A DNA stretch of 63,322 nt, the filler included, from Reclinomonas americana ATCC 50394 (Eukaryota): the NCBI GenBank assembly GCA_048213135.1. It is 18 parts of 18 records of this genome, joined end to end, with 100 filler letters (N's around TTAATTAATTAA, not from the genome) between each part and the next. Parts side by side here need not be neighbours in the genome. Positions count along the whole stretch, not along the records: positions 1 to 8,840 come from AFZH01021841.1; positions 8,941 to 11,991 come from AFZH01021844.1; positions 12,092 to 14,987 come from AFZH01021846.1; 15 more parts are not named here. One strand, given 5' to 3'. Every line of letters begins with the position of its first letter. Position 1 is the stretch's first letter. Positions 1-12,259 of the stretch are shown here, piece after piece. Both the position numbers and the translations under genes were made by a program. The notes beneath the pieces were generated by a model, which did not search any database, was not told where the DNA came from, and saw only the letters and a program-made list of their open reading frames with translations.

Positions 1-100
1 TACGTACGTTACGTTACGTTACCGTTACCGTTACCGTTACCCGTTACCGTTACCGTTACCGTTACCGTACGTACGTACGTACGTACTCGTCGTCGTCGTC

Positions 101-102
<2 letters not shown>

Positions 103-186
<84 letters not shown>

Positions 187-581
187 GTCTCATCTCTCTC
201 TCGCCTCTCGCCTCTCGCCTCTCGTCTCTCTCGCCTCTCGTCTCTCGTCTCTCGCCTCTCGCCTCTCGTCTCTCGTCTCTCGCCTCTCGTCTCTCGCCTC
301 TCGTCTCTCATCTCTCGTCTCTCGCCTCTCGTCTCTCATCTCTCGCCTCTCGGCTCTCGGCTCTCGTCTCTCGTCTCTCTCTCGTCTCTCTCGCCTCTCG
401 TCTCTCGTCTCTCGCCTCTCGGCTCTCGGCTCTCGTCTCTCGTCTCTCGTCTCTCGTCTCTCGTCTCTTGTCTCTCGTCTCTCGCCTCTCGGCTCTCGCC
501 TCTTGTCTCTCGTCTCTCGTCTCTCGTCTCTCGTCTCTCGTCTCTCGCCTCCTCCTCCTCCTCCTCCTCCTCCTCCTCCTC
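103..581 (+). repeat. (CT)n, (CGTCTCT/CGCCTCT)n and (CCT)n simple repeats
   Basis: Directly visible tandem microsatellites upstream of the phosphatase. Confidence 0.9.
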
Positions 582-1909
582 ATGAGCGTCCATCTTTGCG
601 TGGCCTCCACATTCACCTCGCTCTGTCGTCTGTTGCTTCGACTGGCCCCTTCTGAACGTGAGCTGCTTGTCGTCTGACGCACTGCCCTCATCTGGCTCTC
701 TCTCTCTCCCTCTCCCTTTCCCTTCTCCTTTCCCTCTCCCTTTCCCTTCTCCTTTCCCCCTCCCTCACCCTCCCTCTCCCCCTCCCTCTCTCTCATCCAC
801 AGACTGCGCGCCTCGGCGCCCATCAATGGAACCACCATCCCCCTCCTCCGCCGCTGCATCGGGCTCCCATCACCACTCTCATCATCACCACTCCGGTCAC
901 CACCGTCGTCGCTCACATCGCATGGAGGTCGACGACGAACCCACCACACTGGAGATGGCGCGCGCCGCCATTGCCGACTTTGAAAAGTACGTCGAATTGC
1001 TGCACATGCCGGATCGGACAGGGTGAGTCTCTTGAGCTCTTGCGGGTTTGTCTCCCTTGTGTGACTCACGACGCACACACAGAGCCACCGGTTTCCAACG
1101 ACGCTTTGCGGAGATTGACGAGCTCGATCGACGGAATGTGATGGCGCACAACAAGGAGCTGAGGACGTTCATGTCGCCCGTTTTCAACGAGAAGAATCGC
1201 TACTCCGATGTGTTGCCTTGTTGCGTAGATCATGGCGGAGGGCGGGCGAAGGGAGATGTATCTTCTCACGTTTGCGCAACAGATCCCGAAACCATGGTGC
1301 CGCTGCGTGGCGTGACCGGCACCGACTTTGCTCACTACATTAATGCGAATTGGATTTTGGTGAGTTGGCGAGGGGCAAGTTTCTCTTTTCGTTCTGAATC
1401 GGTTGATGTCATTGGCTCTGGCTCTCTATCCTCTCTTGCACCCCCATGGCTGTCTCCCATTGCTCTCCCCCAATGCTCTCCCTCAATGCGCTTCCCAAAT
1501 GCTCTTCCCCATCGCTCTCCCTCATTGCTCTTCGCTCATTCTCTCCCTCTTTCATCTCACGCTCACCTTCAATCCACAACCAGGGCTCGCGAGTCGGCAC
1601 CTGCGGCGACTACATTGCCACACAGGGACCGCTGGAGAAGACCACGGCGGACTTTTGGCAGATTGTGTACGAGCACAATGTGCAGATTTTGGTCATGGTC
1701 ACCAACTTGGTGGAGAGCAATCGGGTGAGTGGTGGCGATGAGAAGGGAAAAGGGAAGGGAAGGGAAGAAAGAAAGTGAGGAACACGGCTGCCGTTGTCGA
1801 ATAGAGTTAGTTGTAGAAGGAAAGCACACGAGACTTGTTGGCGATCACTGGTAGATGCTCATTGTTGTGTATGTGAAGTTATTAATCGTGTCATGGAGGT
1901 AGAATGACG

Positions 1910-2000
<91 letters not shown>

Positions 2001-3610
2001 GAGGGAAGGAGAGCTTGAACTTACTCAGCGGTAGCGCGATGGCCGACCGAAAGATTGAGAAGATGTGTGTGACGATGAGTCTTGAGTTCTCGTTGCTTCT
2101 CTCTACCTCGTCATTGACGTGTTCTGTGCACGCCTTCGGACGCCATGGAACCTATCTCGCGCGCATTTCTCTTATACTCTTTCTCTCTGTCTCTCTACTT
2201 TCTCTTTTTGTCTTGCAGAGAAAGATGGCTCAGTTTGCAATATCTCGTTCTCGAGAAGATGAGGGTGGTTACGCTCTTGGTTTTGCTCCCCGTCCAGCTC
2301 TCGCATTTCACTCTCGTACATCATCTTCCCTTCTCATTTCTTCTGCTCTCACTCGCTTCCGTATTGCTGTTTCTCACGACTATTGCAGCCGATAGAGTGA
2401 GAATGCAGGGCTGCAGTTCGATAACTCACTGTCATCTTCTCCTCCCTCACCTCTCAGATCAAATGCCACCAGTACTGGCCAGAACGCGGCCAACCACTGC
2501 GCGTCCCCGGCTTCACCGTCGAATGGGTGCGCGAGGACGCCGGGCCCGACAGCATGGAGGATATCGTTGTGACCACACTGTCGGTGACCCCTGAAGTTGC
2601 GACTCTGCACGATCCCTCTCGTCCATTCCTCGGACTTTCTTTCACTCCCTTCCTCTCTTTCCTGTCTTTCTACCGCTTCTCAATCTCTTTTATATCTCTA
2701 TCGTCGCTCTTTCAATTTCTTCCCCTCTAAACAACCATCCGTTCCAGATTCTCTTCCCTTCCTTCCCTTTCTCATATTGCCTTCATTTCATCTTCACCTC
2801 CTCTGTCTTTGTCCACTTTCTCTTTCGCTTCTGGACTCGCTATGCTTTGTCTATTCTTCTCTTCTCTTTCCTCTCATTCCCTTCCCTTTCTCCCTTCCCT
2901 TTCCTCCCTTCCCTTTCCTCCCTTCCCCCCTCTCCTTCCCTCGCCACCTATAATTTTCACGCATCTCCCGTTCCCTTCCCTTCCCGTTCCTCACCCTTCT
3001 CTTCCCTTTCCTCACCGTTCCCCCTATCTCCCCCTTTCCCTCTTATTAGACCGGCGGCACCTCACGCCACGTCCACCACGTACACTTCCGCGGATGGCCC
3101 GACCACGGTGTGCCGGAGGAAGTGCAACCATTCCTCGGCCTCGTCAACTTTGTGGACAGCCTCCGCAGTACCACCATTCCGGCACTGAACGGCGATGCCG
3201 TCGTGGAGGGCGACGAAGCGGCCTCGCAGCAACCCCCTCCCGTGCTTGTGCACTGCAGTGCGGGTATTGGCAGGACGGGGACCTTGATTGCAGTGGATAT
3301 CGTGCTGCAACAAGTGCATGCAGCGGTTTGTTTTGGCGTCGCCCCGGGAATGTGTCTGTGGCCTTGCCTGACTGACCGACTGCGTTTTGTGTTGCAGTTG
3401 TGTGCGGGCATACCACCGACGATTGCCGTGGAGGAGACTGTAAAGGTGCTGAGGGAGCATCGTCCCGGCATGGTGCAGACACGAGTTGCGTGCCTTGCTG
3501 CTGCGCTGACAGCTTGAAGTGTGGCACCTGCTTATGTGTCGTTCACGCAGAGCCAATTCGAGTTCATTTTCCACTCGCTCCTGGAGGAGTTGAATCGACG
3601 ATACTCGTGA
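582..3610 (+). CDS. Classical protein tyrosine phosphatase (multi-exon)
   Basis: Exons approx. 582-657, 803-986, 1083-1219, 1283-1359, 1584-1725, 2458-2595, 3050-3313, 3398-3484, 3551-3610 splice in frame. Motifs: [63 protein letters not shown]-x-SQFEF. The start codon is uncertain. Confidence 0.93.
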
Positions 3611-3729
3611 GGAGTGGCGGGGCGCCTGCTCACGCGAATGTTCAAGTAAATATTTGGGAAAAGTGCCGTCTGATGCGTCGTCTTCTCCTTCTCCTCCTCC
3701 TGCCGCGCACTGTCTTGATTGTAGTAGGT

Positions 3730-6700
3730 TCACGGCACGTTCATGGTGGCGAGCAATTGGCGCAGTTCCTGCTTGGCGTGCGGCCGTCGCACGTGGGTGA
3801 CGTGGACGTGCACCGCTGAGCGGCCGATTACGTTATAGTGTTTCGAGGCCTTGCGAAGCCAGCCGGAGAGGGGGTCGCGTTTCATCTGGAAATAGGGGAA
3901 GGGTGGTGTGGGGAAAATTGGAGGAAAGGGAGAGTTGACAATCAGCAATTATGTTCACAGCTACTGTCTGCCATGTCCACCGCGTGCTACGGTACACTTC
4001 TATTCTCCATGCAGTCTGAGTCACTACTAAATGCAATGGCACCATTGCTGTCTTCTTGTTCCATTGTATGCACCCAGCCTGTCGAGATTGACTTCTGTTG
4101 TGCACCAGAGCTTGCTGCATCATCTGCACTGGCTCGATGAATCTATGAACGTTATTCTGCACCCAGCTACTGTCTGTTAAGGTCACAGCGTGCTACATTT
4201 TGCAGGCACTCGCAACGTGCAATAGAACTGCTCGCTGCATTTCTATTCCTTGAGTGCACGCCAAGCTGTGTCAAGATAAACTTCTGCATCACAAGGACCC
4301 TCGGTGTTCTCTAGGTTCGTACTTCCTGCGTGCACCCGCCTTGCGTCGTGACTAACTTCTATAGTGCTGAACAACAATCAAATCACATCAGGCTTGTGAT
4401 GATTGAATTCTGCTCTGTCACCTCAGCGCGCTGTCTCGTCATTTTCCAATCGCTCTTTCTCAAAAAAATGTCGATCGCTACTTGCATCACAACTTCTGCT
4501 CATTCGAAGTATTCCAGCGACCTAACTCTACGATTCCACTTGGTTATCTATCCAATGGTGACGCAAGCATGCCGCCTGATGTCAATTCTCGCGACAGTCT
4601 CAGTTTCTCACGTCACGCACAACTGCAACTTTCATATGACTCTATGTCTCTAATCTTTCCACAAATGTACAAGCAACAACAAGGACAACTGGCAAAACGA
4701 GCACAAAGTAATTTCGCAGCCATCCCCATGCCCTCTCCTTTGCCATACCCTCTCCTTCTCTGTCCCTTCCCCATCACCCTTTCCTCCATTACCTCCATCC
4801 TCCTCACGCTATCCACATTCGGCAAACGCAATCCAAGACAATACGGAAACGCAGTTTCGTACTTGCCGACCGAACACAGCATGTCGAGCTCCTGAAACCA
4901 CAGCACATCCAACAGCTTGCGCGCAAGCAACTCGGCCGGCGGACGATGCGGACGATCCTCACCCGCCAGCGCCAGACCCGTGGCCGTCGCCTCAATGTCC
5001 CACACCGGCAGTAGGCCCGTGGAGACCGCCTGCGCCGCCGCGTGCATCAGCTCTTTCAGCGATCTGCGATGCGTGGTTAGGAAGCGCAGGGAAACCTTCC
5101 TGCCGTGCATTTGCTTTCGTGTACCTGGACGCCTCGCGCTGCTGCTCGAGCAGCACAGCCAGATCGGTTCCCATTAGTGAAAAGTGGGCAATGCACGGGT
5201 GCGTGCCATCGTCCACCAGGCACACGGCGACCACGGCGAGTCCTGTGCGTCGCAAGATGAGTAATTGACGGAAGGGAGGAAGCAATCAACGGAGGAGGAA
5301 AGACGAGAAAGAGGAGTGAGCAATTGCAGAGAGGAAGTGAAGGGGGTGCAGAGAGGATAGAGTAATTTTGTAACAGCAGAGAAGAGCGAGTGATTCCAGA
5401 GCAGAGATAGATCGACGGAAGGGAAGATGTGAACGACTGCAGAGAATTATTGCAGAGAGGCGTGAGTGACTGCAGAGAGGAATGAGAGATTGCAGAGAAG
5501 AGTGAGCGACTGGAGAGGGGAGTGAGTGATTGCAGAGAGAAGCGAGTGACTGCAGAAATGAGATGAATGGCAGCAAGGAGTGAGAGATTACAGGGAGGAG
5601 TGATTGCAGACTGGAGCGAGTGATTGCAGAGAAGAATGAGTCATCATAGATTGGCGTACGTGGCTGCAGAGAGGACGGTGCTTGCAGGGAGGATAGAGTG
5701 ATGCAGAGTGGAGCAAGTGATTGCAGAGTGGAGCAAGCGATTTGAGACAGGGGTGAGTGATTGACGAAAGAAAGCATGTGAGTAATTGCAGAGAGAAAGA
5801 GACTCATTGAGGGATTGACGAGAGGAGTGAGTGATTGCAGAGAGAACGAGAGTGATCGCAGAGAGGAGTGAGTGATTGAGAGAGGAGCAAGTGAGCACAC
5901 AGAGGAGAGAGTGATTGGAGAGCGGAGTGCGTGATAGCAGGGAGCCATGAGGTGGCAGGCAATTGGCAAACCTTGAAACGTGGCGCCGTACGAGGCACTT
6001 GTTGCTTCACTGTACGACAACAGTTGATGAGAACACTCCACTGAAAACAATGCACTGCAGGTGCTAGTGGCACCTTGCAGTTTGCTCGCGAAACCACGAT
6101 TGCACCACCAGCGTCATGCTGAGAACAGTGTGCACGCGCACCAACAGGCGCACTGTGGTCGTGGTGTCCACCATCTTGCGCCGCACCATTTGGAAGAGCG
6201 TGAACACGGGAATGAGCGGTGAAACGGAGAAGGACTCGGCTCGTTCTTGTGAACTGTCGATAAAAATGATGAGCACACGAGCTCACTTGCATCACAACAT
6301 CGTCAACGCAACAAACTGCTGGTTGCAGTCAGCGGCTGTGGCATCACGGCCACGTATTCGACATGTGAGTGCTCAGCAAACTCCAGGTACGTAAAGTCGT
6401 GCTGCGAGCGACGCTGTTCCACTTGATCCAAGATCACCTTGGCGCCGGCGAACAACCAGCGTTCACTGATAAGCAAAGGAATGAGCTGAACCGGAAAGGA
6501 ATAATACGAGTGAAAGCGGACGTACCATGCACGTCGTCTCGTGTACAAGCGAATTGAAGGCACAACAGTGGCACTCGGCAGCTTCGAGCGCACGTCGTCC
6601 CATTCGGTGAGTTGAAAGTAGGTTCGTGACCGCAGTTCCCTGTAATTGATTAAGAACACAGGCGCGATGGATCCAGTGCTGGAAAGAGGAGCGAACCCGC

Positions 6701-8940
6701 CAATTTGCGACTCCACCACCAGTCGCCGTGTGATAACGGCCTTCACAGACACAACATGGTCGCCAGGTTCGCGAGAGGCGAGTTCGAGCACACCACCAAC
6801 ACTGCGGATACAAGGGGTAATTTAATGTGCATGACAACAAATGAATTCAAGAACGGTTCTGCCCCCAACATGATGAGAAGAGCACGGGCGATACACAGCA
6901 AGCACTGAAACCCTTAACGCACCGCCCCAACATGATGAGAGAGCACGGATGACACAGAGCAACTGCTTGATGCAATGCGTTGCCCGAGCATGACAAAAGA
7001 GCAAAGGTGACACGAATACTGGCCCAACGCACAGGTGACACATCACTTTGACAAATATCACTTCCCCCTTCTCCCTTCCCTTCCCTCCCTTTGCCCTTGC
7101 ACCCCTTCTACGCAACGTCAGCACGACCGGAGAACTGAACGCACGAAGCGACTCGGCCAACGCACTCGTCGTCTGGCACATGATCCACTTGTCGCCCTGC
7201 AACACAATCAGCACCTGTCGCACATCTGAACTCCTCTTTGCTGCCACCCACCGTGGTTCCAAAGCACGGCACCACCGTTTGCAGCAGTGGCTCGCCTTGC
7301 ACATTGACCACGGAGACCGGAGACAAAGACAGCGACGACGACAAGTGCACCTCCAGTCGCGAAGTCGATCCAGTTGCGCGACGCCACGACACAGACGGGC
7401 TGCGAAACATGTACGCCGCACCACTCGCGATCCACAGACGCGGCACAGAGTGCACTGTGAGACTACTCCTGCTGCTCGACGCGACGGCGGCAGCAGCAGC
7501 AGATGACGAAGCAGTGTTGGTGGCTGTCCCTTCACCGGCGGTGTTCAGTATCAGTCGAATGTCGGCGTGCGGGAAGAGGCGTTCAATCAGGCATTGTTGT
7601 TGCCTGGGAGAGAGGAGTGAGGAAATGGATTGACAGAGAAAGAACTATGAACACGGGAACGCACCCGACGACATTGCATGTGACGAAAGTTCCTTCGACC
7701 ATCACCTCCTGATGCGATGGCTCCTCGTGGAGCACGTAGCAGTGCGTCACGAGAATCATAAACGGAAAGGAGGTGGACGACAGAATTGGTGAACCTGCTC
7801 CAAAGATCAGGATTAGCAGGTGAGATGCAAGCAGGCAAGCACATGACATCATAACGCACCATCTGCAGCACCCGACGATGTAGCAGTTGCAGCCGCTGTC
7901 TTGGCCACTTTTCTGTCATCACTCTCTGCCGAAGCTGTAACAAAAGAAGAGTGGGATTCTGAATTTAGCAATCCAACTGCTATCACCACATACCATCTCG
8001 TTCCCGCTTTCCGGTGGCGCTGTCGACTCCACCGCGTAGTGGAAGCAATGAAACGTCACGTCGTTGCGCCACGAGTACAATATCTGGGTCTGGCACATCT
8101 CATCGTTAGCACATGCACGAATTGGAATCGAGCGACTCCAGCGCACCTGCTCCACCCTCCGCGTGAACCACGCGAAACCGTACAACTGCCAGAGCCGGCA
8201 AGCTCGCCGTGTCAAGGGCGACCAATTGTCCCGAGCCAGCGCTCTCATCGTCCGCGTCACTGGTGAGAAAGAGCTGCACACGGCGAGAGGATGAGATAAT
8301 GATGTCGCACGCAGATCATCTCCTTCTGTATCGCTCACCGGTCTCGACTGTGTGGCATCTCGCGCCACATACGCACCCTGCCGCAACGACGGCTCCACCA
8401 GTCCCACCCAACCCACCAGTGACTTGGTGGAGTCACCATCACTGTCGTCGTGCCGCCCGCCAAACAGATCCGCCATGCGCACACTGATACTCGGGCAGCG
8501 GTCGACGGCCACTGCCGCTCGATGGGTGCTGAATCCGTCGAAGTCGGCCAGTCTGGGGGAGTGGGGGAGTGAGGGCGGAAAGGGGTAGAGAGGAAGGAGA
8601 AGGAGAGAGGGAAGAGGAAGGAGAAGGGGGAAGAGGGAGGACAAGGGGGAAGACGAAGGAGAAGGGGGAAGAGGAAGGAGAAGGGGGAAGAGGAAGGAGA
8701 AGGGGAAGAGGAAGAGAGGGGAAGTCGGAGGAGAAGGGTGAAGAGGAAGGAGAAGGGAAGAGGAAGGAGAAGGGAAAGAGGAAGGAGACGGGGAAAGAGG
8801 AAGGAGACGGGAAAGAGGGAGGAGAAGGGAGAGAAGAGAGNNNNNNNNNNNNNNNNNNNNNNNNNNNNNNNNNNNNNNNNNNNNTTAATTAATTAANNNN
8901 NNNNNNNNNNNNNNNNNNNNNNNNNNNNNNNNNNNNNNNN

Positions 8941-8978
<38 letters not shown>

Positions 8979-9186
8979 TCAGGTGACTCCCCCCAGTGCT
9001 TGCTTTCTCTTCTTCTCATCACTCTTCTCTCTTCTCTCTCTCTCTCTCTTTGTGTTGTGTGTGATTGTTTGTTGCGCACTGTCCGTAAGCTTCACAAAGT
9101 ACGCGAGTGACTTCCGGGGCGAGTGCAGAGTCGCCGAGGCAGCGGAGAACGCTCGCGAGTGTGTCGCTCTCATCGTCGTCTTCCAT
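3730..9186 (-). CDS. CTC1: CTC1-like OB-fold protein (putative large subunit of telomere CST complex), multi-exon, spans a linker
   Basis: Exon 9186-9080 joins exon starting at 8552 in phase 2. Segments LFAGAKVILDQVEQRRSQHDFTYLEFAEHSHVEYV and AVCLVDDGTHPCIAHF resemble the C-terminal OB folds of CTC1 (recalled human [26 protein letters not shown] and LLVEDGTAEAVV). Last exon approx. 3885-3730. Internal exon boundaries are not all resolved. Confidence 0.6.
5310..5935 (+). repeat. Intronic degenerate minisatellite (GAGTGATTGCAGAGAG-like unit)
   Basis: Motif recurs about every 20 bp inside an intron of the CTC1-like gene. Confidence 0.8.
8841..8940. other. Artificial scaffold linker N44-TTAATTAATTAA-N44 (first of 17)
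   Basis: Identical 100-nt linkers also start at 11992, 14988, 16576, 20687, 28939, 31945, 33627, 38982, 40599, 44012, 46011, 47371, 56273, 57467, 59966 and 61836. The core puts stops in all six frames. Confidence 0.99.
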
Positions 9187-9373
9187 TTGGTGGTGGGAGG
9201 ACGCGTTGGTGGGACAACTGAAGGCGGATCGAGTAGAGAGACAAAGCAAAGCAGCAAAGACGTCGTCATTGGAGGTGGCGTAAGCTGTTGTTGTTGCCAC
9301 TGCTGTTGCAGCAGCAATTTCAACACTGCCGCACAGTGAGAAACAAGAGGACTGAGGGCTGAAGGCGACGTAG

Positions 9374-9530
9374 GGAGGGCACGGTGAATCTTCTTCCTCC
9401 TGCACCTCCTGCACAGCTCGCATGGCCGAGCGCGCGGAGTCGAGCTCGAAGCGAGCAAGGCCACGCAGCGTGGGCCACACTCGTATCTTCTTGTCTTGGC
9501 CACCCGCACCTACAATGTGCTGACCACTGC
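9374..9530 (-). pseudogene. Degenerate 3' fragment of the local WD40 gene family
   Basis: GQHIVGAGGQDKKIRVWPTLRGLARFELDSARSAMRAVQEVQEEEDSPCPP matches the last WD40 repeat and tail of the genes at 41402-54970; no upstream repeats and the tail is decayed. Confidence 0.8.
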
Positions 9531-9722
9531 CACAGACGACACTCATCCAGTGCTACTGGTCCGCGTCCGCATCATCCACTCCGTTGAAGGTCTGCCTCTC
9601 TGAACGAGTGTCGCATCACCGAACGGCCTGCACTTGCATTCGTGCAGTTAGATACCCTTGCACCTTCGACTCCTTTCGTTGCCTTCGTAAAAAATTGTCA
9701 CCCTCTGCTGCATTTTTCCCCA

Positions 9723-11866
9723 TCACACGCCCAGCCGCGCCGACCCCGTCAGCACAAACACCACCACACTGCCGACGAGCAACGCGAGGAGGAGCAGCGA
9801 TGCTCTGGAGGTGGAGGCACTCTGCAGGTTGAGGCGCGTGACGCGGCCAACGGCAATGCTGAGGGAGAAAATGGAGACAGCGTGCAGTGCCGCCACCGCC
9901 ATGTGCAGCAGCGAGGCCACGAGGGAGGCCACGGGCACGCCTGTAGAGGACGGTGAGCGGGATGAAGCAATTCAGTGGCGAGGAGGAAAGTGACCTTTTT
10001 CAAACGCCGGCTGGAACAGGCCACCGAGCAGCAGCAGCACGCTGCCGGCCATGGCCATGGTTGGGTAGGTTAAGCGCAGCTCCAGTGCTGAGATGCCGGC
10101 AGGAACCGCCTTGGCAATCACCGACCCTGCACATACACTTCTTTCAGCATCACATCGCCGGACATGGAGGGAAAAGATGCCGGCCTACCATGCACATCAT
10201 TCCACTCGGTTGGATCCGAGCCAAAGTGCAACATGATGGGCAACAACGAGATGAACACCAGAGGCACCGACGCGACACCCAGCTGCGCACCACAATCAAG
10301 ACATTTCAGCTCACACACAACTGCCCTTCTCCCACAATCGCATTCGCCACGCAACTACCACGGCCGTCGCCGCAATCCACAAGGCGCAACGGAACACGGC
10401 CATGAACGTGGTGCGACTCCTGGCCACCACCGGGTGCAGCTGCACGAGTGCCGCGCCGCCGAGCAGCAGCACAGTGGTGTAGAAGCTGGAGTTGCCGAGA
10501 TTGTAGACGACGACGGCCTCGACGGCCACGTACGTCACCACGCCGACGACGGCGAGGGTGGCGACCACTGCCAGTGCGTAGCGCAGGGTGCGGCCGCGGC
10601 CGCGATCGCGCGAGGGTGGCGGGTAGGCAATGGAGGAGCTGATCACCACCACGATGATGCTGAGGGCGGTCAGACCGAGGACAGGGAGGGAGCCAGAGGC
10701 GGAGACCTGGGCGCGAAGTGAGGAAAGGGGTGGGAGAGCGAGAGGGAAAAGAGGAAGCGCAACTTCGCCAGTGAGGAGGACGGCGGCGGCGAGGCGGAGG
10801 GTGCCGGCGAAAAGCCACGTCCACAGCGTCATGTACCAGTTGGCGGTGAGCGTGAGGGAGAGGCCGAGGCCGAGGGCGCCGGTGAGGCCGTCGAGCAGGG
10901 AGTCTATGAGAGGGGAAGGGTGAGGGGAGGGAAAGGGAAAGGGTGAGTGAAGGGAAAGGGAAAGGGTGATAGAAAGGGTGAGGGTGAGGGTGAGGGAAAG
11001 GGTAAGGGAAAGGGTGAGGGAAGGGGTGAGGGAGAGGGTGAGGGAAGGGGTGAGGGAAAGGGTGAAGGGAAAGGGTGAGGGAAAGGGCGAAGGAATGGTG
11101 AGGGGAAGTGCGAGGGAAAGGGCGAGGAAAAGGAAAAAGGCGAGGGAAAGAATACGGTGAGGAAAAGGGAAAGTTTGAGGAGGGACAAAGAGGAGAAAGA
11201 GGCGGTTCAGCTCAAACTGTCTCCCTCCAGCTCTCTCCGTTCTCTCTGACTCCTTTAGCACCATGTTTCTTGATAACTTCTTCGCATTTCTCACCTAACC
11301 TTTCAATCTCTCTATCTTGAAGAGAGAAGTGGAATGGCGTGAGCGGGGATGGGGAAAGGGAGTAGAAGACGAAGAAGGGAGGGTGAAACGAGAGGTGACA
11401 GAAGGTGAAGCATGAGGAGGGATGGAGAATGATGGAAGGGTGAAGGGAGAGGAAGCCTAGGGGGAGGGCAGCGGTGCTGAAATGCAGAGAAACCTCACAT
11501 AAGAGAGAGGGACGGCAAGCGAGTCAGGTTTCGTGATGACTTCTGCTCAAAGAAAGACAATGCGCAAACCGTGAATACACGTCTCTTTCTTGCTCGGTGA
11601 GTTCGGAATAAAGAGGATGACACACAGGCACAGAGAAAAGGCATCATTGTGCCGATCTTCGTCGCTGAGTATCTCCATATCTCTCTCGCTCTGTCACTCC
11701 CCTTCTCGCCACACGAAACTACTTCCAGCTCCCGACACCAGCCCGCTGGCCACAAACAGCGTCAACGTCGGCAGGAATCGCACGGACGTCGTCTCGTTGC
11801 TGAAGGCGTAGAAAATGCCCATGCCAAAGGCGGCCATGATGAGCACGCTCCAGAGCTGCAGAAATG
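9723..11866 (-). CDS. Multi-pass membrane protein of unknown function (multi-exon, ends uncertain)
   Basis: Several GC-rich exon-like blocks (approx. 11866-11620, 10903-10766, 10706-10350, 10280-10120, 9940-9723) encode consecutive hydrophobic helices and are separated by pyrimidine-rich introns. Confidence 0.5.
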
Positions 11867-12110
11867 GTGCAAGTTGAAGAGATGTCAAGAAACGTGCTGT
11901 CACCTCGCACAGTGATCCTCTTCCAGTTGTGCTTTCAGAATGCTCTCTCTCTCTCTCCTGCTGTACGGCCAAGGCGGATGTACGGTACAGCNNNNNNNNN
12001 NNNNNNNNNNNNNNNNNNNNNNNNNNNNNNNNNNNTTAATTAATTAANNNNNNNNNNNNNNNNNNNNNNNNNNNNNNNNNNNNNNNNNNNNCTCCTCTCC
12101 TCCTCTCCTC

Positions 12111-12154
<44 letters not shown>

Positions 12155-12259
12155 CCTCTCTCCTCTCCTCTCCTCTCCTCTCCTCTCCTCTCCTCTCCTC
12201 TCCTCTCTCCCTCTCCCTCTCTCTCTTGCTACCCGTCTCTCACCTTCTCCATCTCGCAG

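Noticed and set aside
1..102. (TACG)n/(GTTACC)n at the window start as a telomeric repeat
   Set aside because: Irregular, and similar TACG/ACGA-like runs occur next to microsatellites at other contig ends (approx. 16465-16545, 16676-16705, 59905-59965). This fits read-end noise, e.g. pyrosequencing flow order TACG, better than a telomere.
8885..8896. TTAATTAATTAA as a biological motif or piggyBac TTAA site
   Set aside because: It is always centred in exactly 44+44 N, so it is a synthetic six-frame-stop linker.
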